Source: an uncultured delta proteobacterium (GTDB lineage: Bacteria; Myxococcota_A; Polyangia; Fen-1088). Taken from it: a stretch of 64,000 nt of DNA. The stretch spans positions 192,001 to 256,000 of the forward strand of contig CAVWIP010000008.1 of NCBI GenBank assembly GCA_963755125.1, written 5' to 3'. How positions within the stretch are numbered: position 1 is the first letter of the stretch; every line of letters begins with the position of its first letter. A program made the translations under genes and the position numbers. The notes below the pieces were generated by a model. It saw only the letters and a program-made list of their open reading frames with translations. It did not search any database and was not told where the DNA came from. This document shows, piece after piece, positions 9,018 through 18,690 of this stretch.

Positions 9018-9995
9018 ATGTCATCGATTCCCTTCGTCAAGGCCGAAGGGTTGGGGAACGATTTCCTCGTGGTTGACTTGCGCCCGGGCCAGCCCGCAGC
9101 AGGAACCCCAGCCGCTGCCGACCCGGCGGTGGTACGCGCGCTATGCGACCGCCACTTCGGCGTGGGTGCCGACGGCGTGCTGGCCATCCTGTCGCCTGTG
9201 CAGGGCGATGCCCGAATGCGGGTCATCAACGCCGACGGCAGCGAGGCCGAGATGTGTGGCAATGGCATCCGCTGCGTCGCCAAGTTTCTCTACGAGAGGG
9301 ATCCCTCGCTGCGCCGTCGGGTGCTTCGCATCGACACGGGCGCGGGCTTGCTGGAATGCCGGATCGACGCGCGCAACGGTCGGGCCGAGACGGTGGCGGT
9401 CGAGATGGGCCGCCCTCAGTTGGACCCGCCCCAGATCCCGGTCGCGGCGCCGGCCAGCAAGCGTCTGGTGAGAAGCCCGTTGCGCGCCGGTGATCGTCAA
9501 TTCGCCTTTACCGCCGTGTCCATGGGCAACCCACACGCAGTGATCTTCATCGACGATCCGGCGGCCGATTTGCGCGCTCTGGCCGAGGCCTACGGACGCG
9601 GCATCGAGCACGATTCCTTGTTCCCGCGCCGGACCAACGTCGAATTCGCGCGCGTGCGGCAAGGGTTCGCAGGGACAGAGAACGTGGAGTTCGCGCGCGT
9701 GCGCCAGGGGCTTTCCGGCACCGAGATCGATCTGGTCGTTTGGGAGAGGGGCTGCGGCATCACCCTCGCGTGCGGCACCGGGGCTTGCGCCACGGTGGTG
9801 GCCGCTTGCTTGGAAGGCCGGGCCGCACCTGACCAGGAGATCCCGGTACACCTTCCCGGCGGGACGCTCTTCATCCGGGTGGTCAGCCAACCCGCACGCG
9901 ACGGTTCCGCTGACTACTCCGGCGTTTCCATGCGCGGCCCCGCCCGTATCGTGTTCGAGGCCGAGATCGATCCCGACCAGATCATCAAGTCATAG
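9018..9995 (+). CDS. dapF: Diaminopimelate epimerase
   Basis: GLGNDF, GADG, NADGSEAEMCGNGIRC, SMGNPH, NVEF, WERGCGITLACGTGA. Confidence 0.95.
   Translation: MSSIPFVKAEGLGNDFLVVDLRPGQPAAGTPAAADPAVVRALCDRHFGVGADGVLAILSPVQGDARMRVINADGSEAEMCGNGIRCVAKFLYERDPSLRRRVLRIDTGAGLLECRIDARNGRAETVAVEMGRPQLDPPQIPVAAPASKRLVRSPLRAGDRQFAFTAVSMGNPHAVIFIDDPAADLRALAEAYGRGIEHDSLFPRRTNVEFARVRQGFAGTENVEFARVRQGLSGTEIDLVVWERGCGITLACGTGACATVVAACLEGRAAPDQEIPVHLPGGTLFIRVVSQPARDGSADYSGVSMRGPARIVFEAEIDPDQIIKS
9636..9725 (+). repeat. 45-bp in-frame tandem duplication inside dapF
   Basis: Encodes NVEFARVRQGFAGTE / NVEFARVRQGLSGTE. Confidence 0.9.
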
Positions 9996-10041
9996 AGACG
10001 CAGGAGGCGACGTGCGCAAGGTTCTCTGCACATGAGTGGCG

Positions 10042-12210
10042 CTACCGGGCGCGCAGAATCCCGACGAGAAACGCAGCACCTGACAGCACGAAGAGCAGAG
10101 AGATGGCGGCGTAGCTGGCCGGACCGGGCACGTCGGACGCCAGCCACACAATGAGCTGCGGTAGCAACACCAGGACGATGAGGGCCGCGGCCGCACTCAT
10201 GGGTCGGACCAGTCTAGGTGCCAGGCAGGCGAGGATGGCAAGGTAGTAGCTGGACAGATTGAAGACCACGGGCGGCAACAGGACAGAAAGGGTTCCCCGA
10301 TCCGCGTCGGTACGCTGGCGCAGCAAAGCCGCAAGCCAAAGCGAGACGAAGCCCACCCGCAAAAGCCACGTGACGGCGCCGGGCCATCCAAACACGGCGG
10401 CGGGCTGACCCATACCGATGCGGTTGGTCGATGTGCTGGCCGCGTGCTTGATGCTGTTGTGAAAAAAATCCGCCCACAGCCCAATACCGTTCCCGGCACA
10501 CGACACGGCAAAGAGCAGCGCCAAGGTGAGTAGCGCGGAGATGAGCAAGCGCACCCGATCTCTGTCGATGATATGGGAACCCTGAGAGGGTTCCCATGCC
10601 CTCCGGTGGTACGCCGCCGGCGGAGCCGGCAGGCTACCCACGCGACTAGGACGTCGGCGAAGCGAGTCTGCCGCCAAGGCCAGGCCGGGCCCGGCGAGAA
10701 GAAGTGCGGGGAAGACCTGCAACCCGGCGCTGAGTCCTAGGAAGGCTCCCGCTGCGCGAACCCGACCTCGGTACAGGCACCCGAGCCCAGCAACGGCCGC
10801 CAGGAGCCACAGGGAGCGGCCCAGGCCACCGCCGGTCCATAGCGCGATCCAGGGAAAGCCGAGGCCGATGATCAAGGCGCCCAGCACTCCTGCCCGCGCG
10901 CCGAAACCCCATAGCAGGCACAGCAGCAGAAGTCCGTAGCCCACGTCGTCGAGGTGACTCAGAGTCGCCAGCCACGCGAGCGAGGCCGGGCGATCGCGTA
11001 ACAAGACTGTGCGCAGAAGCCACGTCCACGCCGGCGTGGCGTTGTAGCCATGGTCGGTGAGAAGGGCGGCCCAAGCCCCGGGATGGAGCTGCGACTGAAA
11101 GAAGACCACGTCGCGACGAAAATCCGACCAGCGAGAGGGAACGAAGCGAGCCGTGCACAGCGGCCCATCCTTCAACACAGCCGACAGCGGCCACACATCG
11201 TTGCTGCGCAGATCGCGGACCGTCGCACGTGCATCCGTGGGCCAACGTTGTTCCTGCGCCGCAGCCGTGGCCAGACAATCGTAGAGCCGGGTGTAACCCA
11301 GTTCAGGCGCGTACTTGGCACCGAGAAAGTAGTGGGCAGCGTCGTGGTAGTGAACCGACCAGTAGCCGGCAAAGCTGCCGAAGTTGGTGTAGGCGAGAGG
11401 TGCCGCGAGAGCCAGAAGGACAAGGCCCGCGCCCTGCAAGAACGAATACCGCCCCACCCTGCGCCACACCCATCGACCCACCGCCAGCCCCAACAACGCC
11501 AGCGTGGCCGTGCCCACGAAACCGAAGGTGAAATGCACGGCCAGCAAACCCGCCACAGACCCCAGAACGCATCCCAAGGATTGCACTCGGGTCGAGCGTT
11601 CAGGCCCGAGCAAAAGCAAACAGCCGACGGCGAGCAGCCCGAGCAACAGCTTCCGCCACGCCTGCCAGCGCACGAGCTGAGCGGCCTCGGGAGCTACGAC
11701 TGCCGAGCGAACCTCGACATCCAAGACCGGCGGTCGGCGGCAAAAGAGCTGTAACTCGGACAACGCCATCGCGCCCTGCCCGGGCGCCGGCCGCACGCGC
11801 AGATAGCGCCCATGCCCGTCGAGTCCGGCGACCATGCGCGTACGTAGCCCTGCTTCGGAAGAGCCCACGGGCACGGCCTGCCACAGCGGCACCCAGTGCA
11901 CCTGATCGGCCGACAGGTCGACCAGAACAGTCGCTTCGGCACTGGCCTGCAGCAACCCCGCGCGCACGGTCGCGTCGATTTGGAGATCGAATACGAGAGC
12001 GGCATCCTTGGGCCCCAAGATCGTGGAGAGACTCGCGTTCGCTGGATCGCCCTCGCGGGCCAGCACCCCGTCCGTCGCCATCTGGGGGCGATACACCGCA
12101 GTCCAAGCCGCCGGTGCCAGACCAGCCAGAAGATTCACCTCGCCACAGGGATCCGCCCGCGCCGGAGTGGCCGCGACCAGCAGGAGGGCAAGAGAAAGCG
12201 CACCAGCCAT
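10042..12210 (-). CDS. Polytopic membrane protein: signal peptide, discoidin/galactose-binding-like domain, GT-C-like membrane domain
   Basis: Signal peptide (..PARA), ATDG..GRYLRVRP..LSELQLF discoidin-like motifs, many TM helices, loops HYFLGAKY..ELGY and DHGYNATP. Confidence 0.6.
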   Translation of the reverse strand: MAGALSLALLLVAATPARADPCGEVNLLAGLAPAAWTAVYRPQMATDGVLAREGDPANASLSTILGPKDAALVFDLQIDATVRAGLLQASAEATVLVDLSADQVHWVPLWQAVPVGSSEAGLRTRMVAGLDGHGRYLRVRPAPGQGAMALSELQLFCRRPPVLDVEVRSAVVAPEAAQLVRWQAWRKLLLGLLAVGCLLLLGPERSTRVQSLGCVLGSVAGLLAVHFTFGFVGTATLALLGLAVGRWVWRRVGRYSFLQGAGLVLLALAAPLAYTNFGSFAGYWSVHYHDAAHYFLGAKYAPELGYTRLYDCLATAAAQEQRWPTDARATVRDLRSNDVWPLSAVLKDGPLCTARFVPSRWSDFRRDVVFFQSQLHPGAWAALLTDHGYNATPAWTWLLRTVLLRDRPASLAWLATLSHLDDVGYGLLLLCLLWGFGARAGVLGALIIGLGFPWIALWTGGGLGRSLWLLAAVAGLGCLYRGRVRAAGAFLGLSAGLQVFPALLLAGPGLALAADSLRRRPSRVGSLPAPPAAYHRRAWEPSQGSHIIDRDRVRLLISALLTLALLFAVSCAGNGIGLWADFFHNSIKHAASTSTNRIGMGQPAAVFGWPGAVTWLLRVGFVSLWLAALLRQRTDADRGTLSVLLPPVVFNLSSYYLAILACLAPRLVRPMSAAAALIVLVLLPQLIVWLASDVPGPASYAAISLLFVLSGAAFLVGILRAR

Positions 12211-12324
12211 GCCCGACGATGCTACTCCACCCGGAGCGCGACGCTGAGCGGGAACGCCGGACCGCCGCCGGTCACGGAATGGCGGCGCCAAGCGCGACCT
12301 GTTTTCTCGGCAGCGATGTCATCC

Positions 12325-13416
12325 TCAGAACAGACTGCCCTGCCCGCTCGGTCCGTTCCGGCCAGTCGAGGGGAGCGGGATCTTCATGTGCTCGTAGGCT
12401 TGGCGCGTGGCCTGACGGCCGCGTGGCGTGCGCACCAGAAAGCCCTGCTGGATGAGATAGGGTTCGTGCACGTATTCCAGGGTGTCGCGATCCTCGGCCA
12501 GCGCGGCAGCCAGCGATTCGATGCCGGCCGGGCCGCCGTCGAAGCGCTCCATGATGGCGCGCAGAAGCCGACGATCGCCCTCATCCAGTCCCAGTTCGTC
12601 CACGCCCAAGCGGCGCAGGCCAAAATCGGCCGCCTCACGCGTGACCCGGCCGTCGCCGCGCACCTCAGCGAAGTCGCGCACGCGGTTGAGCAGCTTGTTG
12701 GCGATGCGAGGCGTGCCGCGCGCGCGACGACCGATTTCCAGCGCCCCGCCCTCGTCGAGGCGGATGCCCAGGATGCTGGCCGAGCGCTTGACGATGGTGG
12801 TGAGCTCGGCCGGCGCGTAGAAATCGAGTCGTTCGACGATGCCAAAACGCGAAAGCAGCGGCGAGGTGAGCTGGCCGGTGCGGGTGGTGGCGCCCACCAG
12901 AGTGAAGCGCTCGATGGGGACGGTGATGGCAGCAGCGCCTGCGCCCACGCCGGTCACGATCTCGATCTTGAAGTCCTCCATGGCAGGGTAGAGGCTCTCC
13001 TCTATGATGGGCTGCAACCGATGGATCTCGTCGACGAACAGCACATCGCCGCGGCCGAGTGAGGTGAGGATGCCCGCCAGATCGCCCTTGCGCTCCAGGG
13101 CCGGCCCCGAGGTCACGCGCGCCTGCGTGCCCATCTCGTGCGCCAGCAAGTGTGCCAACGTGGTCTTGCCCAGACCGGGCGGGCCAGACAGCAACACGTG
13201 GTCGAGCGTTCCACCGCGCTTCTTCGCCGCGGCCACGTAGACCTCGAGGTTCTCGGCCACCTTGCGCTGCCCGACGAACTCAGAAAATGAAGTCGGCCTC
13301 AGCGCCACATCCAGCGCCTTCTCCTTGGGCGAATCCGCCTCGGGCGACACCACGCGCGCCGGGGACTCGGGCTCGCCCAGAGCAGGTCCGTCGTCATGTC
13401 GCTTGCGCGCCATCAC
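12325..13416 (-). CDS. ruvB: Holliday junction branch migration ATPase RuvB
   Basis: [43 protein letters not shown]. Confidence 0.97.
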   Translation of the reverse strand: MMARKRHDDGPALGEPESPARVVSPEADSPKEKALDVALRPTSFSEFVGQRKVAENLEVYVAAAKKRGGTLDHVLLSGPPGLGKTTLAHLLAHEMGTQARVTSGPALERKGDLAGILTSLGRGDVLFVDEIHRLQPIIEESLYPAMEDFKIEIVTGVGAGAAAITVPIERFTLVGATTRTGQLTSPLLSRFGIVERLDFYAPAELTTIVKRSASILGIRLDEGGALEIGRRARGTPRIANKLLNRVRDFAEVRGDGRVTREAADFGLRRLGVDELGLDEGDRRLLRAIMERFDGGPAGIESLAAALAEDRDTLEYVHEPYLIQQGFLVRTPRGRQATRQAYEHMKIPLPSTGRNGPSGQGSLF

Positions 13417-14021
13417 TTCCTCCTCATGGCCGCCAGTGCTTCCTTGATGAGATCAGGCGTCGGCTTGCTCTCGTCGAGCGCCGACAGGATAGCCTCGAAC
13501 TCGTTCGCCCGGTAGCCCAGCGCTTGCAGGGCGCCGAAGACCTCGCCCCGCCGGCCCGAAGGCACGAGTCCCGGCAGCGGAAAAACCGTGGAGAGGTCGC
13601 GGCCTGTGGTTCCCAGTATCCCGACCTTTTCGCGCAGTTCCACCGCCATGCGCTCGGCGGTCTTGCGGCCCACGCCGCGAATCCGGGTCAAAGTGGCCAG
13701 GTCAGCCGCGCGGATGGCGCCGACCAGGTCACCCATGGGCAGCCCCGAAAGGATGGCAACCGCGACCTTGGGACCCACGCCCTGCACGGTGAGCAGGGTC
13801 TCGAACATGCGGCGCTCCTCGGGCTCGGCGAAACCGTAGAGTTGCAAGGGACTATCTTGTACGGCGTGCGTGTGGATGAACAAGCGCGCCTCGGCACCGG
13901 GGCCGGGCAACGCGCGCTGGGCAGCCGCGGTGACCGTCACTGCGTAGCCCACACCGCCTGCCTCGATCACGACGGTGTCGGAGTTCTTCTCCAGCAAGGT
14001 ACCGCGCAGCGAAGCGATCAT
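13413..14021 (-). CDS. ruvA: Holliday junction DNA-binding protein RuvA
   Basis: [29 protein letters not shown]; overlaps ruvB start. Confidence 0.96.
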   Translation of the reverse strand: MIASLRGTLLEKNSDTVVIEAGGVGYAVTVTAAAQRALPGPGAEARLFIHTHAVQDSPLQLYGFAEPEERRMFETLLTVQGVGPKVAVAILSGLPMGDLVGAIRAADLATLTRIRGVGRKTAERMAVELREKVGILGTTGRDLSTVFPLPGLVPSGRRGEVFGALQALGYRANEFEAILSALDESKPTPDLIKEALAAMRRK

Positions 14022-14024
14022 TGG

Positions 14025-14177
14025 ACGGCCGAGAACACAGAGGGGAGAGGAGAGAACACAGAGGGCGTCATCTCCATGAGCCTACCCCTGCCGGGGCGTC
14101 CCTGGCTAGTTTCGGAAGCAACAGTCTTGTCCGGGAGCCTCTGCGGCCTCCTCTCTCACCTCCGTGTCCTCAACCGT
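14025..14177. repeat. Intergenic imperfect palindromic element with AACACAGAG-type arms
   Basis: Left arm ACGGCCGAGAACACAGAGGGGAGAGGAGAGAACACAGAGG is imperfectly complementary to right arm CCTCTGCGGCCTCCTCTCTCACCTCCGTGTCCTCAACCGT. Confidence 0.65.
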
Positions 14178-14254
14178 GCGTCGTATGTGAGACAAACTCG
14201 CTCTCCACTCGCAGCCGCAGGGCTGCGTCCTGGCTCGTGTAGAGTAGCGGCGGC

Positions 14255-15286
14255 ATGCTTCGTGATGGTCGGCTCTTCGGGCGCAAGGCGTCCTCGTTCA
14301 CCCTGCAGTGGCATTTGACCAATGCCTGTGAACTCTGTTGCCTGCACTGTTATGATCGAGCCTCGCGCCAAACCCTGGGCCTGGCCGAGGCAGAGCGAAT
14401 CGTCGACGACTTCCTTGGCTTCTGCCGCGCGCGCCGGGTGAACGGCCAATTCTGTCTCACCGGCGGCAACCCGTTCCTCTATCCGCACTTTCTATCTGTC
14501 TATCGTGCCGCTGCGGCTAGCGGCTGCCCGATTTCCATCCTGGGCAACCCAGTGTCCTATGAGCAACTCGCGGAAATCGTCGCAATTCGCCGACCGATCT
14601 ACTACCAGGTCAGCCTGGAAGGCCTACGCGAGTACAACGACCACATCCGCGGCCGAGGACATTTTCAGCGCGTACTCGACTTTCTGCCCGTGCTGCGCCG
14701 GCTGAAGGTGAAGAGCCTGGTCATGGTCACCGTACATCGCGAGAACTTGGATCAGCTCATCCCACTGGCCGTTGGGCTGCGGGGACTGGTCAACCAATTC
14801 ACCTTCAACCGTCTCTCGCAGGTTGGCGAGGGCTCGAATCTGGCCTTGCCGGCGCGGGACGAATACGCCGCTCTTCTCAAGCGCTACACGCTCGTCGCGC
14901 GCGACAACCCGCACCTCAAGTTCAAGGACGGCTTGTTCAATATCCTGCGCCACCATTTCCACCGACCGCCTCTGCGCGGGTGCACGGGCTTCGGCTGCGG
15001 GGCGGCCTTCAACTTCGTCGCGCTGCTGCCCGACGGCGAGGTCCACGCCTGCCGCAAGTTTTCCTCGCCCATCGGCAACCTTCTGCAGTCGAGCCTGGCC
15101 GAAATCTACGACTCGGCCGCAGCCCGGCGCTATCGCCAGGGCAGCCGCGGCTGCCGTTTCTGCCGACTTCGCAACGTGTGTGGCGGCTGCCTGGCGGTGT
15201 CGCACGGGGCCGGCCTGCCCGCCTTGCAGGCGCGCGATCCCCATTGCTTCATGCGCGAACGCAGGCGGCTGCTGGCTGGGTTCTGA
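14255..15286 (+). CDS. Radical SAM/SPASM peptide maturase, SbtM (selenobiotic-family)-like
   Basis: FTLQWHLTNAC-ELC-C-LH-C (CxxxCxxC); SPASM CTGFGCGAAFNF..PDGEVHACRKF..CRFC..CGGC..DPHC, which I recognise as SbtM-like. Confidence 0.8.
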   Translation: MLRDGRLFGRKASSFTLQWHLTNACELCCLHCYDRASRQTLGLAEAERIVDDFLGFCRARRVNGQFCLTGGNPFLYPHFLSVYRAAAASGCPISILGNPVSYEQLAEIVAIRRPIYYQVSLEGLREYNDHIRGRGHFQRVLDFLPVLRRLKVKSLVMVTVHRENLDQLIPLAVGLRGLVNQFTFNRLSQVGEGSNLALPARDEYAALLKRYTLVARDNPHLKFKDGLFNILRHHFHRPPLRGCTGFGCGAAFNFVALLPDGEVHACRKFSSPIGNLLQSSLAEIYDSAAARRYRQGSRGCRFCRLRNVCGGCLAVSHGAGLPALQARDPHCFMRERRRLLAGF

Positions 15287-15288
15287 CA

Positions 15289-16209
15289 TTAGCCGCCGCA
15301 GCCGCCGCAACCGCCACCGCAAGACGAACCGCCGCCACCACAGGACGAGCCGCCGCTGCAGGACGCGGCGCCGCAGGATGAACCGCCGCACGATGAGCCC
15401 GCCACGCCCTGGTTCTTCATGGTGGCCGGGAACAAGACCTGTGCCTGGACCAAGGCCGCGCCTTGCAGGGCCGTTATGCCGAAGATTGCGGCCAGCATCG
15501 CCAGGTCGCGAGACCCGCTACCGAGTTCCACGTCGGCGGCTCGCGCCTTGAGTGGGGCGAAGTTGCCGCGCAACTCGGCCAGCGCGGCGTCGCCCTTGCG
15601 AGTGCGCAACAGCGTCTTTCTCTTCATCAGGGCGATGCTGGCGATGATCGTCATCGTGATGAGATACGCGACGTTGTAGTGACCGCGCTCAAAGGCAATC
15701 AGGATCTTGGCGGCGGCCACCCCCACCAGAGTGGCCAACGAACCTACGCGCAAGAGGAACAGAGAGAAGCGCCTGTCGTCATCCGGAATGAATTCCAACT
15801 TGGCTAGCTCGCTCTTGAGGCCATCGCATGCCTTCTCAAAGGTGACATCGCGGTAGATGAGAGCGCCTCCTGCCGGCGATTCAAAGACACGCAGGACCGC
15901 CCGTTCCAGCGGCCGGTGGACCTGGTCTGCGGCGCCGGGCGCGGCGGTCAAAAGTCCGCCCTCGGTTTTCAGCAGGCCGCGGTCAAGCAACGAGATGATG
16001 GCCACACGCGCGGTTTCGTTCTTCTGGCCCCGCAGATATGCGATCAGGTACGGATCGGCGCCGCGCAGGTCGAAGGGGAAACCGCCGCTGCGCCCGGACG
16101 AACGCTCGCCCAGAAGGCGCGCCAGGGGTTGGTAGAGGAGGTGCAGACCGACTGCCAGGGTGGCGTAGAAGACCAGAAACTGCGGGCCAGGCAGATCGAA
16201 CGGATTCAT
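15289..16209 (-). CDS. TIGR04222 domain membrane protein with Cys/Ser/Gly C-terminal tail
   Basis: MNPFDLPGPQFLVFY, DPYLIAYLRG, TM segments, RTRKG, tail SSCGGSSCGAASCSGGSSCGGGGSSCGGGCGGCGG. Confidence 0.85.
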   Translation of the reverse strand: MNPFDLPGPQFLVFYATLAVGLHLLYQPLARLLGERSSGRSGGFPFDLRGADPYLIAYLRGQKNETARVAIISLLDRGLLKTEGGLLTAAPGAADQVHRPLERAVLRVFESPAGGALIYRDVTFEKACDGLKSELAKLEFIPDDDRRFSLFLLRVGSLATLVGVAAAKILIAFERGHYNVAYLITMTIIASIALMKRKTLLRTRKGDAALAELRGNFAPLKARAADVELGSGSRDLAMLAAIFGITALQGAALVQAQVLFPATMKNQGVAGSSCGGSSCGAASCSGGSSCGGGGSSCGGGCGGCGG

Positions 16210-16218
16210 GGTGCGACC

Positions 16219-16965
16219 TCAGACGAGTTCCTGCGCCTGCTTGCACAGGGCCGCGGTCAGATCGATGAGCCGCAGCAGCAGCATCGGCGGCGAGCCCTTG
16301 GGCAACGTCTGACCCTCGCGCACCCGCGACAGGGCAGCCAGCACCTCCTGCCAGCCGCCGCCGGGGATGCCCGCCGCCAAGGTCTCCAGCGCGGCCTTGG
16401 GCGTCGCTGCGGGCTTGCCCGATAATTCCAGCAAAGCTGCGGCGCTGGCGCGCAGGGGACCGGACACCTGCGCCAGCACACGCGCAGCCTGCTCCTCGCG
16501 CAGGCTGACCGAAAGGTAGCGCTCGCGCATACGCATGAGCAGGTTGAGCAGCACCTGGCGAAGTCTGGTGATCTCGGATGAGCGGGAAATCGAGAGTCCG
16601 GCAAATGGATCGTTGCCAGAAAGAATGCGCCGTCGGTGCATGATGTCGGCGAACTTCACCGCGAAGGCTTCGGCAACAGCGGGCAACTCGCCTTCGACGA
16701 CGAACATCGCCGACAGGGCGATGGCGGCGTGGGCGTTGCGCAGGGGTTCGCGAATGGCATCCAGACGGGCGGGATTCCAGGTGGCCGCGACCACCAGCAG
16801 ATTCACGTCGGAAGTGGCGCGCAGCCGGCCCTCGGCGGCACTGCCGTAAAGGACGATGGAGCGCAGATCAGGGCCGAGCGACTCCTTCGCCGCTGACACG
16901 AACTGCTGCAGATTCTTGGCCACGATCTCGGGCAATTGGGACTGCGCTGATTCGTCCTGCACCAT
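16219..16965 (-). CDS. Nucleotidyltransferase-domain protein (Pol beta superfamily)
   Basis: SIVLYGSAAEG...SDVNLLVV motif plus helical C-terminal domain. Confidence 0.75.
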   Translation of the reverse strand: MVQDESAQSQLPEIVAKNLQQFVSAAKESLGPDLRSIVLYGSAAEGRLRATSDVNLLVVAATWNPARLDAIREPLRNAHAAIALSAMFVVEGELPAVAEAFAVKFADIMHRRRILSGNDPFAGLSISRSSEITRLRQVLLNLLMRMRERYLSVSLREEQAARVLAQVSGPLRASAAALLELSGKPAATPKAALETLAAGIPGGGWQEVLAALSRVREGQTLPKGSPPMLLLRLIDLTAALCKQAQELV

Positions 16966-16995
16966 GGGAGATCCCTTTCCGATCGGCACTCTCTC

Positions 16996-18681
16996 CTAAC
17001 TCCGTAAACTAATCCAACGCGCAGCCAGCACGCGGTCACCGACTGCGGGTGCGACATCGGAAACTGCCGGCTGGAACGCGGCCGCGCCTCGCTTGAAAAG
17101 CAGCGGGCGCTCCGACACCGTCGCGACGGTTTCCGCCTCACCTCGTCCGTCCAGCTTGCGGTCCACGATGAGAAGCAGGCGATCCTGCACGATGAGACCG
17201 CGCACCACACTCGCGTCCAGCGCCGCGCCCACGAAGGTGGGCGCCGATGCCTCGGCCACCGAGATCACGGCGTCTATGCCAAGCGAACGCTGCATCTTGG
17301 CGGCCAGGTTCGCGTCGAACACCCGAGCCACCACCCGACAGTTCGGGCAGGCCTGCTTGGTAGCCAGCGCGATGCTGAGATTGGTCAGATCGTCGCTGGT
17401 CAAGGCGAGCACGGTCTTGGCTCCTGCCAGACCCGCGCGGCGCAGGCTTTCGGCGGCACCCGCATTGCCTACCACCACCGGCGCCAAGGTGCGGGCCGGG
17501 CCCAGAAAGTCCGCTGTCTCGCTGCTTTCGATGGCCACCGCATTTTCGCCCAGGCGGGATAGCTCGCGCAGCACGCGAAAGCCGGTATGGCCCAAACCCG
17601 CGACAATCACGTGGTCTCTCTGGCGGACCACCCCGCGCGCCAGCAGGTCGCCGAAGCGCGTGCGCAGCAAGAGGTCAGTCAACATGCTGAAGATCACCGC
17701 AAACAAGGCGCCGCCCGAGATCATGACCAGGGTTCCGTAGAGCTTCACCAGCGGCCGCGCGGTCTGAAGATTGATGTCGCCGAAGCCCGTGGTCGTCAGC
17801 GTGGTGATTACAAAGTAGTAGGCGTCCACGGGCGACAGGCCGAGCGCCACGTGGAAGACGCCCACACTGACCCCCACCAAGGCCAGAAGCACGCAGAGAG
17901 AGAAGCGCAGACCGCGCGGCGTGCAGATCCACCATTCGCGCAAGCCACGCAGCAGCGTGGTCAAGCTGCGCAGCACTCGCGGGCGGCGCGGTCCGCTGGC
18001 GACACGAGTGAGCGTGATCAAGCCGTCTCCCGCGGCTACGACTTCGTTGGCGTGTGGTTCTGAAAAGAACTGGCCGCAACGTTCATGCGCCACGACCACG
18101 CAACCCAAAGACGCCATTTCGCCGAGCGAGCGACCTAGCCAGGGCGCGTCCGCAGCAACAGTGAGCTTCTCCATGACCCAGGAGTCCCCGCCCGCCTCGA
18201 ACGTGCTCAGGACCGTATCCCTCAGCGCCGCGGCCACGAACGCCGGAGCCGCCAGCGCAGAGGCTGAATAGCCCTGGCGGATGCCCAGGGATGCGCGCAG
18301 GTGGCTTGCCAGATCCTGATCGAACAGGCGCACCACGACGGGCACCGCCGGCGCCACCTGCCGCGCGTGCAGCGCGATGATCACGTTCACCAGATCGTCG
18401 TCGGTGGCCGCTATCAACGCCTTGGCGCGGGCGAGGCCGCCTTGGGCCAGCAATCCCTCGTCGCGGGCATCTCCCTTGAGAATACGCAGATCCTCGTCGG
18501 GCGCCGGATGCCGCGCATCCGCCAGCGAAGACAACGTGATCACCGTAACTCGCTCGCCGAGACGGCGAAGCAGGTCCAGAATTCCACACCCGATTCGGCC
18601 CAGCCCGCAAAGCACTACATGACCACCCTCCGTCGAGGCAGCCTGACGGGAAACGCCTGGCTCCGTAGTCATCGTGCCCAT
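16996..18681 (-). CDS. Potassium channel with two TrkA-N (RCK) domains
   Basis: Two GLGxxG RCK domains; 2-TM pore with TTLTTTGFGDI filter. Confidence 0.85.
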   Translation of the reverse strand: MGTMTTEPGVSRQAASTEGGHVVLCGLGRIGCGILDLLRRLGERVTVITLSSLADARHPAPDEDLRILKGDARDEGLLAQGGLARAKALIAATDDDLVNVIIALHARQVAPAVPVVVRLFDQDLASHLRASLGIRQGYSASALAAPAFVAAALRDTVLSTFEAGGDSWVMEKLTVAADAPWLGRSLGEMASLGCVVVAHERCGQFFSEPHANEVVAAGDGLITLTRVASGPRRPRVLRSLTTLLRGLREWWICTPRGLRFSLCVLLALVGVSVGVFHVALGLSPVDAYYFVITTLTTTGFGDINLQTARPLVKLYGTLVMISGGALFAVIFSMLTDLLLRTRFGDLLARGVVRQRDHVIVAGLGHTGFRVLRELSRLGENAVAIESSETADFLGPARTLAPVVVGNAGAAESLRRAGLAGAKTVLALTSDDLTNLSIALATKQACPNCRVVARVFDANLAAKMQRSLGIDAVISVAEASAPTFVGAALDASVVRGLIVQDRLLLIVDRKLDGRGEAETVATVSERPLLFKRGAAAFQPAVSDVAPAVGDRVLAARWISLRS

Positions 18682-18690
18682 AATGTCACG

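Noticed and set aside
14022..14254. Possible SbtA/selenocysteine precursor peptide upstream of the radical SAM gene
   Set aside because: No ORF with an RBS, leader-like sequence or Cys/Sec core; the space is occupied by the palindromic element
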